Made by a program: the position numbers and the translations under genes. DNA of 64,000 bases from the NCBI GenBank assembly GCA_030614255.1, contig JAUWKI010000001.1, positions 1,603-65,602 of the forward strand, in the 5' to 3' direction. This stretch comes from Actinomycetes bacterium. Lineage in GTDB: Bacteria > Actinomycetota > Aquicultoria > UBA3085 > Oleimmundimicrobiaceae. Positions 30,839 to 40,691 of the stretch are shown piece after piece; the stretch's first letter is position 1, and every line of letters begins with the position of its first letter. The notes beneath the pieces were generated by a model, which saw nothing but the letters and a program-made list of their open reading frames with translations, had not been told where the DNA came from and did not search any database.

Positions 30839-30902
30839 ATTTATTGGCACTAAAAATGAAGGTTGTGTTATAATTCTTTTTTGTGATTTAGAGGAGGTAG
30901 AA

Positions 30903-31250
30903 ATGCGGAATACAATTGAAACTTTAGAGAAAGAGCAAATGAGAACCGACCTGCCGAGTATTCGTGTTGGTGATACCATTGAGGTTTATGTAAAAATTGT
31001 TGAAGGCGGAAAAGAGAGAACTCAGGTTTTCAAAGGGATAGTGATTCGCAAACAGAATGGTGGACCGAGAGAAACTTTCACAGTGAGAAAAATTTCTTTT
31101 GGTATAGGCGTAGAAAAAACTTTTCCTATTCACTCTCCGAAAATTGTAAAAATCAAATCTTTGAGCAAGGGGCACGTTCGTCGTTCAAAATTATATTATC
31201 TGCGAGACAGAGTAGGCAAACGCGCTCGATTAAAAGAAAAAAGATTTTAA
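30903..31250 (+). CDS. rplS: 50S ribosomal protein L19
   Basis: GDTIEV, FTVRKIS.G.GVE and [10 protein letters not shown] motifs. Confidence 0.97.
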   Translation: MRNTIETLEKEQMRTDLPSIRVGDTIEVYVKIVEGGKERTQVFKGIVIRKQNGGPRETFTVRKISFGIGVEKTFPIHSPKIVKIKSLSKGHVRRSKLYYLRDRVGKRARLKEKRF

Positions 31251-31353
31251 TTTTGGGGGCATCAAGTAAACGTTGGATAAAAACTCGGGATTTTATGAAT
31301 TAGGCGGGGCCATATCTTCATTCTTATTTGAGATATTTTTTCTTGTCATTGAT

Positions 31354-31391
31354 ATTAAAAAACCCAATCCTTTTGGATTGGGTTTTTTAAT
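31354..31391. terminator. Bidirectional intrinsic terminator
   Basis: ATTAAAAAACCCAATCC-TTTT-GGATTGGGTTTTTTAAT, a perfect 17-bp inverted repeat. Confidence 0.85.
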
Positions 31392-31666
31392 TAGTGTTCT
31401 AAACTACTGATTTATTCGGCAAGCAGGCGTCTAAAAATAATCCTTTTACCGGTCTGACAATTTGATTAAAACAAGGCCGCAGTGGGCAAGATACTACTTG
31501 CATCGAGGAGAGGAAAGTTGCTGGCTCTGTGGCCGGTGATAGTTTGTTGAGTTTTTTATAGAAGGACGTTTCTTATGTATATCGAATTATTTCAATCGTG
31601 AGTATATAAGAGTGGCCATTGAGGAGAAGAAGGTTTTAATTTACGAAAGTTTGGATAAGAATAAAT

Positions 31667-32299
31667 ATGCCTGAAAAAACAGATGATCTTTTCAAATTTG
31701 AAAAACGGTTACAAAAAGAGGGTTTTTCGTTAATAGCCGGTGCTGATGAGGTAGGCAGAGGATGTATGGCTGGGCCACTAGTAGCTGCGGCTGTCATACT
31801 GCCAAAAGATATTTGTATCCCGAACTTAAAAGAGAGCAAACAGGTTTCTCCCAAGGAAAGGATTGTATTTTTTAAAAAGATTAAAGAAGTCGCGGTGGCT
31901 GTAAGTATCATCATCATAAAACCAAAAGAGATAGATAAATTAGGCGTTCATAAAGCAAACCTAAAAGCTCTTGGGCAAGCTATTTTGAGTTTAAACCCGC
32001 AGCCTGATTATAGTTTAATCGACAGTTTTTTGCCTCTCGGTTTAAATGGTTCTTTTCTTGCACTTAAGAAAGGGGACCAAAGAAGTTTTTCAATCGCTGC
32101 GGCCTCCATTATTGCGAAGGTCACGAGAGATAAGCTTATGTGCGAGTATCACGAAAAGTATCCGAACTATGGATTCAGAAAACATAAGGGTTATTGCACT
32201 AAAGAACACTTAACAGCCCTAATGAATTACGGGCCATGTGACCTACATCGAAAATCTTTTGCTCCTGTTCGGAGAGCCATTCTTCAACACAGAGCATAA
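31667..32299 (+). CDS. rnhB: Ribonuclease HII
   Basis: GADEVGRG..AGP, IAAASIIAKVTRD, HKGY and HRKSF motifs. Confidence 0.96.
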   Translation: MPEKTDDLFKFEKRLQKEGFSLIAGADEVGRGCMAGPLVAAAVILPKDICIPNLKESKQVSPKERIVFFKKIKEVAVAVSIIIIKPKEIDKLGVHKANLKALGQAILSLNPQPDYSLIDSFLPLGLNGSFLALKKGDQRSFSIAAASIIAKVTRDKLMCEYHEKYPNYGFRKHKGYCTKEHLTALMNYGPCDLHRKSFAPVRRAILQHRA

Positions 32300-32353
32300 C
32301 GACTTCGGCCGGGGAAGCCAGGCACTGGTCTGATGAAATGCTCTTTGCTCACC

Positions 32354-32396
32354 GTGTCTGCCGACGGGCCGTGGCCTACCGGCAGGCAGGGGACAC
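32354..32396. repeat. GC-rich REP-like palindromic element (CCTGCC.CCGGCAGGCAGG-type)
   Basis: TGTCTGCCG pairs with CGGCAGGCA; contains GCCTACCGGCAGGCAGG; related half-site CGGCAAGCAGG at 31417-31427. Confidence 0.45.
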
Positions 32397-32480
32397 TGTT
32401 CCGTTCATCTGGATGTGGCATGAGGGTATTACAGGATTGCTCGTGGAATTTCATAAATAAATTTCAAGGGGAGGATTTTA

Positions 32481-32825
32481 TTGGATTCTCTTGGCAATAA
32501 AGGAGAAAAGTTAGCCTGCAGGTATCTTAGACGCAAAGGATATAATATTTTACAACGCAATTACCGTTACAAGATTGGTGAGATAGATATAATTGCTCAG
32601 AAGGGTGAGTTTTTAATCTTTATTGAAGTCAAAACACGTTTGAATAGAGAATTTGGTGAGCCTTTTGAGGCGGTGACTCACTACAAACAAGAACGTTTGC
32701 GGCGCCTGGCTGAAAGCTATATAGTCGATAATCAGGAGCATGAATTAGATTATCGTTTTGATGTAATTTCTATCCTTTACGAAAAGAAGAAACCTATAAT
32801 TAAGCATATTGAAAATGCGTTTTAG
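32481..32825 (+). CDS. yraN: YraN family endonuclease-like protein
   Basis: G..GE..A..YL, GEIDIIA, FIEVKTR, RFDVI and IENAF motifs. Confidence 0.93.
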   Translation: MDSLGNKGEKLACRYLRRKGYNILQRNYRYKIGEIDIIAQKGEFLIFIEVKTRLNREFGEPFEAVTHYKQERLRRLAESYIVDNQEHELDYRFDVISILYEKKKPIIKHIENAF

Positions 32826-32836
32826 AGAAAGGGGTA

Positions 32837-34381
32837 GTGTTGTTAGCAAAAATTGAGAGTTGTTCAGTTTTAGGAATGGAGGCCGCAGCAGTCAATGTTG
32901 AAGTAGACATTTCAAATGGATTGCCCGCGTTCAGTATCGTTGGATTACCCGATACGGCTATACAAGAGTCACGCGAGAGAGTAAGGTCCGGAATTTCAAA
33001 TTCCGAATTCGAGTTTCCACTGAAAAGAATAACTGTAAATTTGGCTCCAGCTGATATCAGAAAAGAAGGACCATCTTTTGATCTTCCCATCGCATTGGGA
33101 ATTTTATCTGCGACGAAGCAACTTTTATCCGAGAAGTTATCGGATTATTTATTTGTGGGAGAGCTTTCGTTGAGCGGTAAGATAAGGCCCGTAAGCGGTG
33201 TTTTATCGATGGCTCTATGTGCAAAAAAACAAAACAAGAAAGGGTTTATCGTGCCAGAAGGCAATGCGAGCGAAGCTGCCTTGGTCAAAGAATTAGAGAT
33301 AATTCCCGTTTCGTCATTGCGTGAAGTTATTGATTTTTTTTCCGGTAAAAAAGAGATTACTCCTGTAAGCGGGGACATAGAAAAGTTTTTTGAAAATAAT
33401 TTGTATCACGAACTCAACTTTTCTGATATCAAAGGACAAGAACATGCAAAACGGGCTCTAGAAATAGCGGCTGCCGGAGGACATAATGTTTTAATGATCG
33501 GGCCACCAGGTTCAGGTAAAACCATGTTAGCTAAGAGAATGCCTACCATAATGCCAAACATGACTTTTGAAGAAGCCATTGATGTAACTAAAATTTATAG
33601 TATTGCAGGAGCATTGCAATCAAAACAATCCTTAATAGCTACACGTCCCTTTAGAGCACCTCATCATACGATTTCTACAGCGGGTCTGGTTGGGGGAGGA
33701 CAGTATCCTCGTCCAGGAGAGATAAGTTTGAGTCACAATGGAGTTCTGTTTTTGGATGAATTTCCGGAATTTAGCAAAAGTGCTCTCGAAGTTCTTCGTC
33801 AACCCTTGGAGGATGGTGTTGTAACTATTTCACGCGCATTATCCACTTTTACTTTTCCGGCCACTTTTATGTTGGTGACGGCAATGAATCCCTGTCGATG
33901 CGGATATCTAGGGGATAAAGTAAGGGAGTGTACGTGTTTACCTTCTCATATCAGACAGTATAGAGGAAGAATATCGGGGCCACTCATAAATAGGATCGAT
34001 ATTCAAATTGAAGTTCCTCGTCTTACGAAAAACGAGCTCGTTGGTGTCTCAATCGGTGAGTCGTCGGAAAAAATCGGAAAACGAGTTCAAGAAGCACGTG
34101 AACGTCAGCAAAAGAATGCTAAAGGTACAAACATTACTTGCAACGCACAAATGAGCCCTCGCATTATAAAAAAGCGGTGTAAGCTTTCCGACTCAGCACA
34201 GAATCTTTTGGAAAATGCAATCGATAAGTTAAGTTTAAGTGGCAGAGCTTATGATAAAGTTTTAAAAGTGAGCAAGACGATATCAGACCTAGCGGGAAAA
34301 GAATTAATTGAAACCGAACATTTGGCAGAAGCCTTGCAGTATAGATGTCTCGACAACACAACCAACTACTATTGTAGCTAA
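32837..34381 (+). CDS. comM: YifB/ComM Mg-chelatase-like AAA+ ATPase
   Basis: VGLPD, NLAPA, GPPGSGKT, PFRAPHH and GVLFLDE motifs. Confidence 0.93.
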   Translation: MLLAKIESCSVLGMEAAAVNVEVDISNGLPAFSIVGLPDTAIQESRERVRSGISNSEFEFPLKRITVNLAPADIRKEGPSFDLPIALGILSATKQLLSEKLSDYLFVGELSLSGKIRPVSGVLSMALCAKKQNKKGFIVPEGNASEAALVKELEIIPVSSLREVIDFFSGKKEITPVSGDIEKFFENNLYHELNFSDIKGQEHAKRALEIAAAGGHNVLMIGPPGSGKTMLAKRMPTIMPNMTFEEAIDVTKIYSIAGALQSKQSLIATRPFRAPHHTISTAGLVGGGQYPRPGEISLSHNGVLFLDEFPEFSKSALEVLRQPLEDGVVTISRALSTFTFPATFMLVTAMNPCRCGYLGDKVRECTCLPSHIRQYRGRISGPLINRIDIQIEVPRLTKNELVGVSIGESSEKIGKRVQEARERQQKNAKGTNITCNAQMSPRIIKKRCKLSDSAQNLLENAIDKLSLSGRAYDKVLKVSKTISDLAGKELIETEHLAEALQYRCLDNTTNYYCS

Positions 34382-34398
34382 TACGAAGGAATAAGAAG

Positions 34399-35475
34399 AT
34401 GGAAAAGAAATATTGGCTGGGATTAAAACTTATCTCTGTGCTAGATTCAAAGATTCTCAAGATTATAGATTATTTCGGAACGGCGGAAGAAGCCTGGGAA
34501 GCTAAGAAAAATGATTTTCTTAAAATAGATGGAGTGAGTCCTAAGCTAATAGGGGAAATAATAAAAAAAAGAGAAGACATCGACCTGGATTTTTGGTGGC
34601 AAAAGTACAAAAGTCTAGAGATCGATGTTGTAACATTTCTTGACAATGACTATCCATCGTTGCTTAAAGAAATTCCCAACCCGCCTCCAGTTCTTTTTTT
34701 TAAAGGTGATTTATTAAAAAGTTATTCTGAAGCCATAGCCATCGTTGGTTCAAGACGCGCTACTGCTTATGGAAGAGCTTTTGCCGAAGAACTGGCATTA
34801 AATCTTTCCAGAGCGGGTGTAACTGTGATAAGCGGAGTTGCAAGAGGTATCGATAGTGCGGCACACAAGGGGGCCTTAGCGGAGAAGGGGAACACAATTG
34901 GTGTATTGGGCTGTGGCCTTGATGTCGTCTATCCACCCGAAAATAAACTACTTTATAGAGCAATTTCCGAGCAGGGAAGCTTGGTTTCAGAATACTTGAT
35001 TAAAACAGAACCTTTTAAGTGGAATTTTCCAGCACGAAATCGAATTATCAGTGGATTGGCAAAAGGCGTAGTTATAGTGGAAGCTTCTGAAAAAAGTGGA
35101 GCTTTAATCACCGCCGATTTTGCATTGGAACAAGGGAGAGAGGTTTTTGCGGTTCCGGGAAATCCGAAAAATAGTTTGAGCAAAGGTCCACACAAACTTC
35201 TAAAGAGCGGGGCATGTCTAATTGAAAATACGGACGATATCTTCGAGGCATTGGGCTTAAATTACACTTCAAATTCTCAAAAAAAGTGTCTGACCAATCT
35301 TACCGAAAAGGAGCTGAAGGTTTTAAATTTTATCAGTTGGGATCTTAAGTATATCGACGAGATAATAAGGGAACTGAGTTTGAGTTCCTCCGAGACGGCA
35401 AGCCTGCTTACCACGCTAGAGATAAAAGGTTTTATTAAACAGGATACCGGGAAGAAATATCTTAGGATTTCGTAA
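34399..35475 (+). CDS. dprA: DNA-processing protein DprA
   Basis: AIVGSR, SGVARGID..AH, FPARNRIISG and EASEKSGALIT motifs. Confidence 0.96.
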   Translation: MEKKYWLGLKLISVLDSKILKIIDYFGTAEEAWEAKKNDFLKIDGVSPKLIGEIIKKREDIDLDFWWQKYKSLEIDVVTFLDNDYPSLLKEIPNPPPVLFFKGDLLKSYSEAIAIVGSRRATAYGRAFAEELALNLSRAGVTVISGVARGIDSAAHKGALAEKGNTIGVLGCGLDVVYPPENKLLYRAISEQGSLVSEYLIKTEPFKWNFPARNRIISGLAKGVVIVEASEKSGALITADFALEQGREVFAVPGNPKNSLSKGPHKLLKSGACLIENTDDIFEALGLNYTSNSQKKCLTNLTEKELKVLNFISWDLKYIDEIIRELSLSSSETASLLTTLEIKGFIKQDTGKKYLRIS

Positions 35476-35522
35476 GACCAGTTATCTGGTACCTGGCATT
35501 GATTTTGAAGAATTGGAGATTT

Positions 35523-36407
35523 ATGAACAGATTGGTCAATACTTTTTTACAGCATCTTTCTGCAGAAAGAAACATGTCGAGACACACCATAAGGGCCTAT
35601 AAGGGAGACCTCGGCCAATTTGTAATTTATCTGCAAAACAGCGGACTCTTGATTGAGCAAGTTAATTATCTTTGCTTGAGGCGATATTTGGCTTATCTTC
35701 AAACCCTTGGCTATACACGAACGAGCATTGCTCGCAAACTCACGGTCGTTCGCTCTTTTTTTGGATTTCTTCAACGAGAAAGTTTGGTATCTTCAAACCC
35801 AGCACCCTTAATTTCTTATCCAAAACTTGATAAAAGACTTCCAAAATCATTACGCATGGATGTGTTAGAGACCTTTCTAAACGCACCTAATATTAATAAA
35901 ACATTCGGACAAAGAGATAAAGCCATATTGGAAGTTCTCTATGGAACAGGGATAAGAGTGAGTGAGCTAGTCGGGTTAGACGTTGATGATATCGACTTTG
36001 AACAGCAGGAAATTAGGGTGTTCGGCAAGGGAGGAAAAGAAAGAATAGTTCCTATTAATCAGGAGGCATTAAAGTTTATCGGACGTTATCTGGCGAAAGG
36101 AAGAAAAGAGCTTTCTGGGGGCAAAGAAGGGGCGGCCTTATTTTTAAATCGGTCAGGAGAAAGGTTAGCGGACGGGGCGGTAAGACGAATTGTAGAAAAA
36201 TATGTAAAACAAGCTGGGATTGAAATAAGCATAACGCCTCATGTCTTAAGACATACGTTTGCAACACATCTTTTAGAATCTGGTGCCGATTTGCGTTCTA
36301 TTCAAGAACTTTTAGGTCACGTTGATTTATCCTCTACACAAATTTATACTCAATTAAGTAAGACCAAACTAAAAGAGATTTATTTACAAACTCATCCAAG
36401 GGCTTGA
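35523..36407 (+). CDS. xerC: Tyrosine recombinase XerC
   Basis: LYGTGIRVSEL, GKGGKER, HVLRHTFATH and LLGH...TQIY (R-H-R-H-Y residues). Confidence 0.9.
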   Translation: MNRLVNTFLQHLSAERNMSRHTIRAYKGDLGQFVIYLQNSGLLIEQVNYLCLRRYLAYLQTLGYTRTSIARKLTVVRSFFGFLQRESLVSSNPAPLISYPKLDKRLPKSLRMDVLETFLNAPNINKTFGQRDKAILEVLYGTGIRVSELVGLDVDDIDFEQQEIRVFGKGGKERIVPINQEALKFIGRYLAKGRKELSGGKEGAALFLNRSGERLADGAVRRIVEKYVKQAGIEISITPHVLRHTFATHLLESGADLRSIQELLGHVDLSSTQIYTQLSKTKLKEIYLQTHPRA

Positions 36408-36427
36408 GATCCAACCGGAGGGGTATA

Positions 36428-37219
36428 GTGGAGAAACAAGAAAGTTTTACCGTAGAGAAACTCTGGCTCAAATATCAAAAAGAGAGATCTCGAGACATTA
36501 GAGATAAATTAGTCTTAAATTATGCGCCACTAGTTAAGTACGTTGCCGGGCGAGTTTCCATGAGTCTGCCTCGTAATATCGAGAAAGCCGATCTCATAAG
36601 TTATGGAATGTTTGGACTTATTGATGCCATTGAAAAATTTGACCTTACAAAGAAGATAAAGTTTGAAACATATGCGATTTCTCGGATCAGGGGAGCTATA
36701 ATTGACGAATTGCGCTCAATAGACTGGGTACCCCGCTCGGTACGACGCAAAGAAAAGCAGCTTGAAAGGACATATGTAAAGCTCGAAAATAAATTTAAGC
36801 GCTCTCCAACGGATGAAGAGATTGCGGAAGATATGGAGATTTCAATCGAAGAGCTACAGGGTCTTTACGGTCAGCTGAGTTATACCACGCAAGTTACTCT
36901 TAACGAGTTTTGGAATACCAGTGGAACGAAGAATGACCAGACATGTTTGATTGATACTTTGAAAGATACCAAGAGCGATGAGCCGTCGAAAGCATTTGAG
37001 CTTGAAGAACTCAAACAGTTTTTAGGAGGAACTATAGAGAGTCTACCCAAAAGAGAGAAGATGGTCATAGCGCTCTATTACTACGAGGGACTGACTTTAA
37101 AAGAGATAGGTGAGGTTTTAGGCGTTACAGAGTCTAGGGTTTCCCAACTGCACACAAAGGCTCTGCTACGCTTAAAGGTTCATCTAAGAGAGATGCTATC
37201 CGTTCTGGCCCAAGGTTAA
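36428..37219 (+). CDS. whiG: FliA/WhiG family (sigma-28) RNA polymerase sigma factor
   Basis: PLVKYVAGR, KFETYA..RIRGAIIDELRSIDWVPRS and LGVTESRVSQLH motifs; dprA-proximal as for whiG; GTG 36428 after GGAGG. Confidence 0.9.
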   Translation: MEKQESFTVEKLWLKYQKERSRDIRDKLVLNYAPLVKYVAGRVSMSLPRNIEKADLISYGMFGLIDAIEKFDLTKKIKFETYAISRIRGAIIDELRSIDWVPRSVRRKEKQLERTYVKLENKFKRSPTDEEIAEDMEISIEELQGLYGQLSYTTQVTLNEFWNTSGTKNDQTCLIDTLKDTKSDEPSKAFELEELKQFLGGTIESLPKREKMVIALYYYEGLTLKEIGEVLGVTESRVSQLHTKALLRLKVHLREMLSVLAQG

Positions 37220-37329
37220 AAAATCAAATTTCACTTCTATACGATTTTATAACTTTTGTGTTTACATATAATCTATGCTTAGCTTGACGTGATATTGAAA
37301 GTTTGGTACGGTTTTTGAGTTTAGAGAAA

Positions 37330-37432
37330 CTCTTATTCAGAGAGGTGGAGGGACTGGCCCTGTGAAACCTCGGCAACCTACCCAGATGGGGTGTGGTGCT
37401 AATTCCTGCAGAGGAACCTGGAAGATAAGAGG
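37330..37432 (+). promoter_or_regulatory. SAM-I (S-box) riboswitch
   Basis: CTCTTATtCAGAG-GGTGGAGGGACTGGCCC-TGAAACC-CGGCAACC...GGTGCtAATTCC...GATAAGAG, upstream of metK. Confidence 0.96.
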
Positions 37433-37470
37433 GCGCTGAAGATTTACGAGATTTATATGAATCGACAAGC

Positions 37471-37504
37471 AAACCCTCTTTTTCAAAAGAAAAAGAGGGT
37501 TTTT
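37471..37504 (+). terminator. Terminator of the SAM-I expression platform
   Basis: AAACCCTCTTTTTC-aaaa-GAAAAAGAGGGTTT hairpin running into a T tract. Confidence 0.85.
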
Positions 37505-37542
37505 AAGTAAAAAAATGAGTGGCAATCTAAGGAGGGTTTTAA

Positions 37543-38745
37543 TTGGGAAAAAGACATTATTTATTTACATCGGAATCGGTAACGGAAGGGCATCCCGATA
37601 AATTAGCAGATCAAATATCGGATGCTATCCTCGACGCTATTATTGCCACAGACCCGATGGCCAGGGTGGCTTGTGAGACGTTTTTGACCACTGGTTTAGT
37701 TGTTGTTGGAGGAGAAATCACGACAAGAACTTATGTAGAAATTCCAGAAATAGCTAGACGCACGATAAAAGATATAGGTTATACGAGAGCAAAGTATGGA
37801 TTTGATGGTGATACTTGTGGGGTATTAGTGGCAATTGACCCGCAATCTCCGGACATTGCTCAGGGAGTTAATTCTGCCTACGAAAAGAGGGTTGGTGAAA
37901 TCAACGAGAATGAACTCAATAAAATTGGAGCTGGAGATCAAGGCATGATGGTTGGTTACGCATGTACAGAGACACCAGAACTTATGCCCATGCCGATTAT
38001 GCTTGCCCACAAATTGGCGCAGAGGTTAGCTGAGGTCAGAAAGACCAAAATACTTCCCTACTTAAGGCCAGACGGAAAGACTCAGGTAACTATGGAATAT
38101 GAGAATGGAAAACCTGTAGCGATAAATACAATAGTTATTGCTGCACAACATACCCCTGATGTCAAAGTGGACACTGTTTTGAAGCCAGACTTGATTGACC
38201 ATGTTTTGAAACCGATTTTGCCGAAAGAGTATATTGATTATGATAATGTTAAAATTCTAGTTAATCCCACCGGAAAGTTTGTTTTAGGTGGGCCGTCTGC
38301 AGATACTGGATTGACGGGAAGAAAAATTATAGTGGATACATACGGTGGAGCAGCTAGGACAGGAGGAGGATGTTTTTCAGGTAAAGATCCGACCAAGGTA
38401 GATAGATCGGGTCATTATATCGCTCGCTATATCGCAAAAAATGTAGTAGCAGCGGGATTAGCTGACAAGTGTGAAGTACAATTAGCGTATGCTATCGGGG
38501 TTGCTCATCCGGTGTCGGTTATGGCCGAGTGTTTTGGGACGGCAAAAATTGATCCCAATAAGATAGAAAAGATGATAATTGAATATTTTGACTGTCGGCC
38601 AGCCGCAATAATTAAGAAACTTAACCTAAGAAGACCGATTTACAAGAAAACAGCTTGCTATGGTCACTTTGGTCGTAATGATAAAGAATTCACATGGGAA
38701 AAAACGGATATGGCAGATGTTTTAAGAAGGGAAGCCAATCTTTAA
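37543..38745 (+). CDS. metK: S-adenosylmethionine synthetase
   Basis: [30 protein letters not shown] and [12 protein letters not shown] motifs. Confidence 0.98.
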   Translation: MGKRHYLFTSESVTEGHPDKLADQISDAILDAIIATDPMARVACETFLTTGLVVVGGEITTRTYVEIPEIARRTIKDIGYTRAKYGFDGDTCGVLVAIDPQSPDIAQGVNSAYEKRVGEINENELNKIGAGDQGMMVGYACTETPELMPMPIMLAHKLAQRLAEVRKTKILPYLRPDGKTQVTMEYENGKPVAINTIVIAAQHTPDVKVDTVLKPDLIDHVLKPILPKEYIDYDNVKILVNPTGKFVLGGPSADTGLTGRKIIVDTYGGAARTGGGCFSGKDPTKVDRSGHYIARYIAKNVVAAGLADKCEVQLAYAIGVAHPVSVMAECFGTAKIDPNKIEKMIIEYFDCRPAAIIKKLNLRRPIYKKTACYGHFGRNDKEFTWEKTDMADVLRREANL

Positions 38746-38843
38746 TATGAGACGGTCCAATGTAGAGCATCTGGGGATTACGTTGGGTCTTAAAACTCTT
38801 AGTTTTAAATCTATTTCGGTCTGTTAATATAAGTTCTAGAAAC

Positions 38844-39776
38844 ATGATGAAATTTAACTCTTTTAAACCGTGTTACATAAATTTATACAAGAGCGGAAAC
38901 CTCAGGAGTCGAATAAAAAATGCATTCAGCCTATTAGAATCTTGCCGAATTTGTCCGCGGAATTGTGGTGTTGACCGGTTGACCGGCGAAAAAGGTTTCT
39001 GTGGGGCAAGGGAATTTCTTGAGGTTTCAGCCTTTCACCCACATTTTGGTGAAGAAGGACCCTTGGTGGGAGCTCGTGGTTCAGGAACGATATTCTTAAC
39101 TCATTGCAATTTGAAGTGTGTATTTTGTCAAAATTATCCCATAAGCCATCTTGGCGAAGGGAAAAAAGTTTCCGGAAGAGATCTTGCTAACATAATGTTG
39201 AATCTGCAAAGCTTAGGCTGTCATAATATAAATTTTGTAACGCCAACTCATTATGTCCCACAGATTATTGCTTCTCTGCCACATGCCATTAAAAATGGTT
39301 TGAATATTCCTCTTGTATACAATTGTGGAGGATATGAGTCGATTGAAATCCTGAAAATACTCGAAGATATATTCGATATATACATGCCGGATTTTAAATT
39401 CGCAAATCCCGATATTGCAAAGAAGTTTTCAAAAGCTTACGATTATCCAAAAGTAGCAAAAGCGGCGATTCTTGAAATGTATCGACAGGTAGGAGACTTA
39501 GTTGTTGACGAAAGAGGAACCGCCAGGAGAGGGCTTATCGTTCGTCATCTTGTTTTACCAAATAAAATGGCTGGCACCGAAGAAGTGGTAAAATTTATAT
39601 CTGAAAAAGTTTCGACCAATACCTACGTAAACATAATGAGCCAATATTATCCTTGTCAGGAGGATTTTGAATATCCAGCCCTGAATAGGAGGGTAACACC
39701 AGATGAGTACCAACGGGCTTTGAAGAATGCTCTTGATATGGGTTTAAAGAGAATTGACGGTTTGCCCGCTAAGTAA
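38844..39776 (+). CDS. Radical SAM protein (PflX-like)
   Basis: CRICPRNC, HFGEE, GSGTIF, CNLKCVFCQN, NINFVTPTH and RHLVLP motifs. Confidence 0.9.
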   Translation: MMKFNSFKPCYINLYKSGNLRSRIKNAFSLLESCRICPRNCGVDRLTGEKGFCGAREFLEVSAFHPHFGEEGPLVGARGSGTIFLTHCNLKCVFCQNYPISHLGEGKKVSGRDLANIMLNLQSLGCHNINFVTPTHYVPQIIASLPHAIKNGLNIPLVYNCGGYESIEILKILEDIFDIYMPDFKFANPDIAKKFSKAYDYPKVAKAAILEMYRQVGDLVVDERGTARRGLIVRHLVLPNKMAGTEEVVKFISEKVSTNTYVNIMSQYYPCQEDFEYPALNRRVTPDEYQRALKNALDMGLKRIDGLPAK

Positions 39777-39855
39777 TGGGAATATATGCTTTATTAGGTT
39801 TGTGTTTGATAGTAAACTTGATATAAGAGCTTGGAAAAGTGAAAGGAGTGGCGAA

Positions 39856-40200
39856 GTGGTTGAGGAGAAGAAATCAGAGAAAATTATGAAAAACTTGAAA
39901 AAAGGAGAAAGCACAATTCCTGCTAGCAGGCGGCAAAATTTTTTCGAGCGCGAGAAACAGGAGCTCACTCAGTTAAAAAAGATGGCAAATGTTTCCAAAA
40001 AGATTGCAGGGGAAAGTTTTAGAATTGAAAGAACAGCCGAAAAAATGTATGCGCGTTTGAAAAAATATTACAAAAATCGGGGGAAAGTACTTATAAAGTT
40101 AAACCACAAAGAGCTCAAAATTCTCTTAAGAAATTTAAACGACTCAAACCTCGAGGAATGTAGAAGTCTAGCATCAATAATTGAGATTGAGGCCAAGTAA
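39856..40200 (+). CDS. Hypothetical basic helical protein
   Basis: ORF with AAGGAG RBS before GTG 39856; no recognised motif. Confidence 0.55.
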   Translation: MVEEKKSEKIMKNLKKGESTIPASRRQNFFEREKQELTQLKKMANVSKKIAGESFRIERTAEKMYARLKKYYKNRGKVLIKLNHKELKILLRNLNDSNLEECRSLASIIEIEAK

Positions 40201-40277
40201 GTCTGATAAAATATTGACGTCTTTTTTTCATCGAAGTATTATTTTCTCAGAGTTGAAACTTTTTAAGGAGGTTTTAA

Positions 40278-40682
40278 ATGAATATCGCAGAAGAGCTTTT
40301 GGGTTCAAAAGCTCGAGCTAAATTGCTTGAGGTTATATTTTTAAATCCAGAAACTCAATATTATGGCAGACTATTACAGAAAATCACGGGTTTAGACCAT
40401 AAAGCGATATGGAGAGAGTTAAATTTACTTGAGAAAATTGGTGTCTTAAAATCAGAGAACGATGGTAGGTTGAAGAGATATAGAATCGTTCCCTTCTACG
40501 GTTCAGAGGATCTTGCAAATTTTATTCTAAAGACAAGTGGTAAATCAAGCGTAACGAAGAAACGTTTATGGGGCAAAAAGAGAACAAATAAAGAAAAGGG
40601 CAAAGTTCAAAGATATGAAAAGTTGTTTGAAGAAGCAAAGCAATTGATATTGGAATTAGATAAGGGCGAATCGAAAGATTAG
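40278..40682 (+). CDS. Winged-helix DNA-binding protein
   Basis: LGSKARAKLL..F.NP...YY.R...RELN.LE..G.L.S...G..K.Y wHTH pattern; AAGGAGG RBS. Confidence 0.75.
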   Translation: MNIAEELLGSKARAKLLEVIFLNPETQYYGRLLQKITGLDHKAIWRELNLLEKIGVLKSENDGRLKRYRIVPFYGSEDLANFILKTSGKSSVTKKRLWGKKRTNKEKGKVQRYEKLFEEAKQLILELDKGESKD

Positions 40683-40691
40683 GAGAGTTAT

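Noticed and set aside
31505..31527. GAGGAAAGTTGCTGGCTC resembles the RNase P RNA 5' motif GAGGAAAGUCC
   Set aside because: Lacks GUCC, has no 3' ACAGAA..CGGCUUA partner, and there is too little room for an RNase P RNA.
32317..32345. CTGATGA after a small hairpin, suggesting a hammerhead ribozyme
   Set aside because: No stem II followed by GAAA, and no NUH cleavage triplet in the required position.
35523..36407. Tyrosine recombinase as a possible prophage or island integrase
   Set aside because: Size, motifs and position after dprA fit housekeeping XerC; no att repeats or cargo genes nearby.
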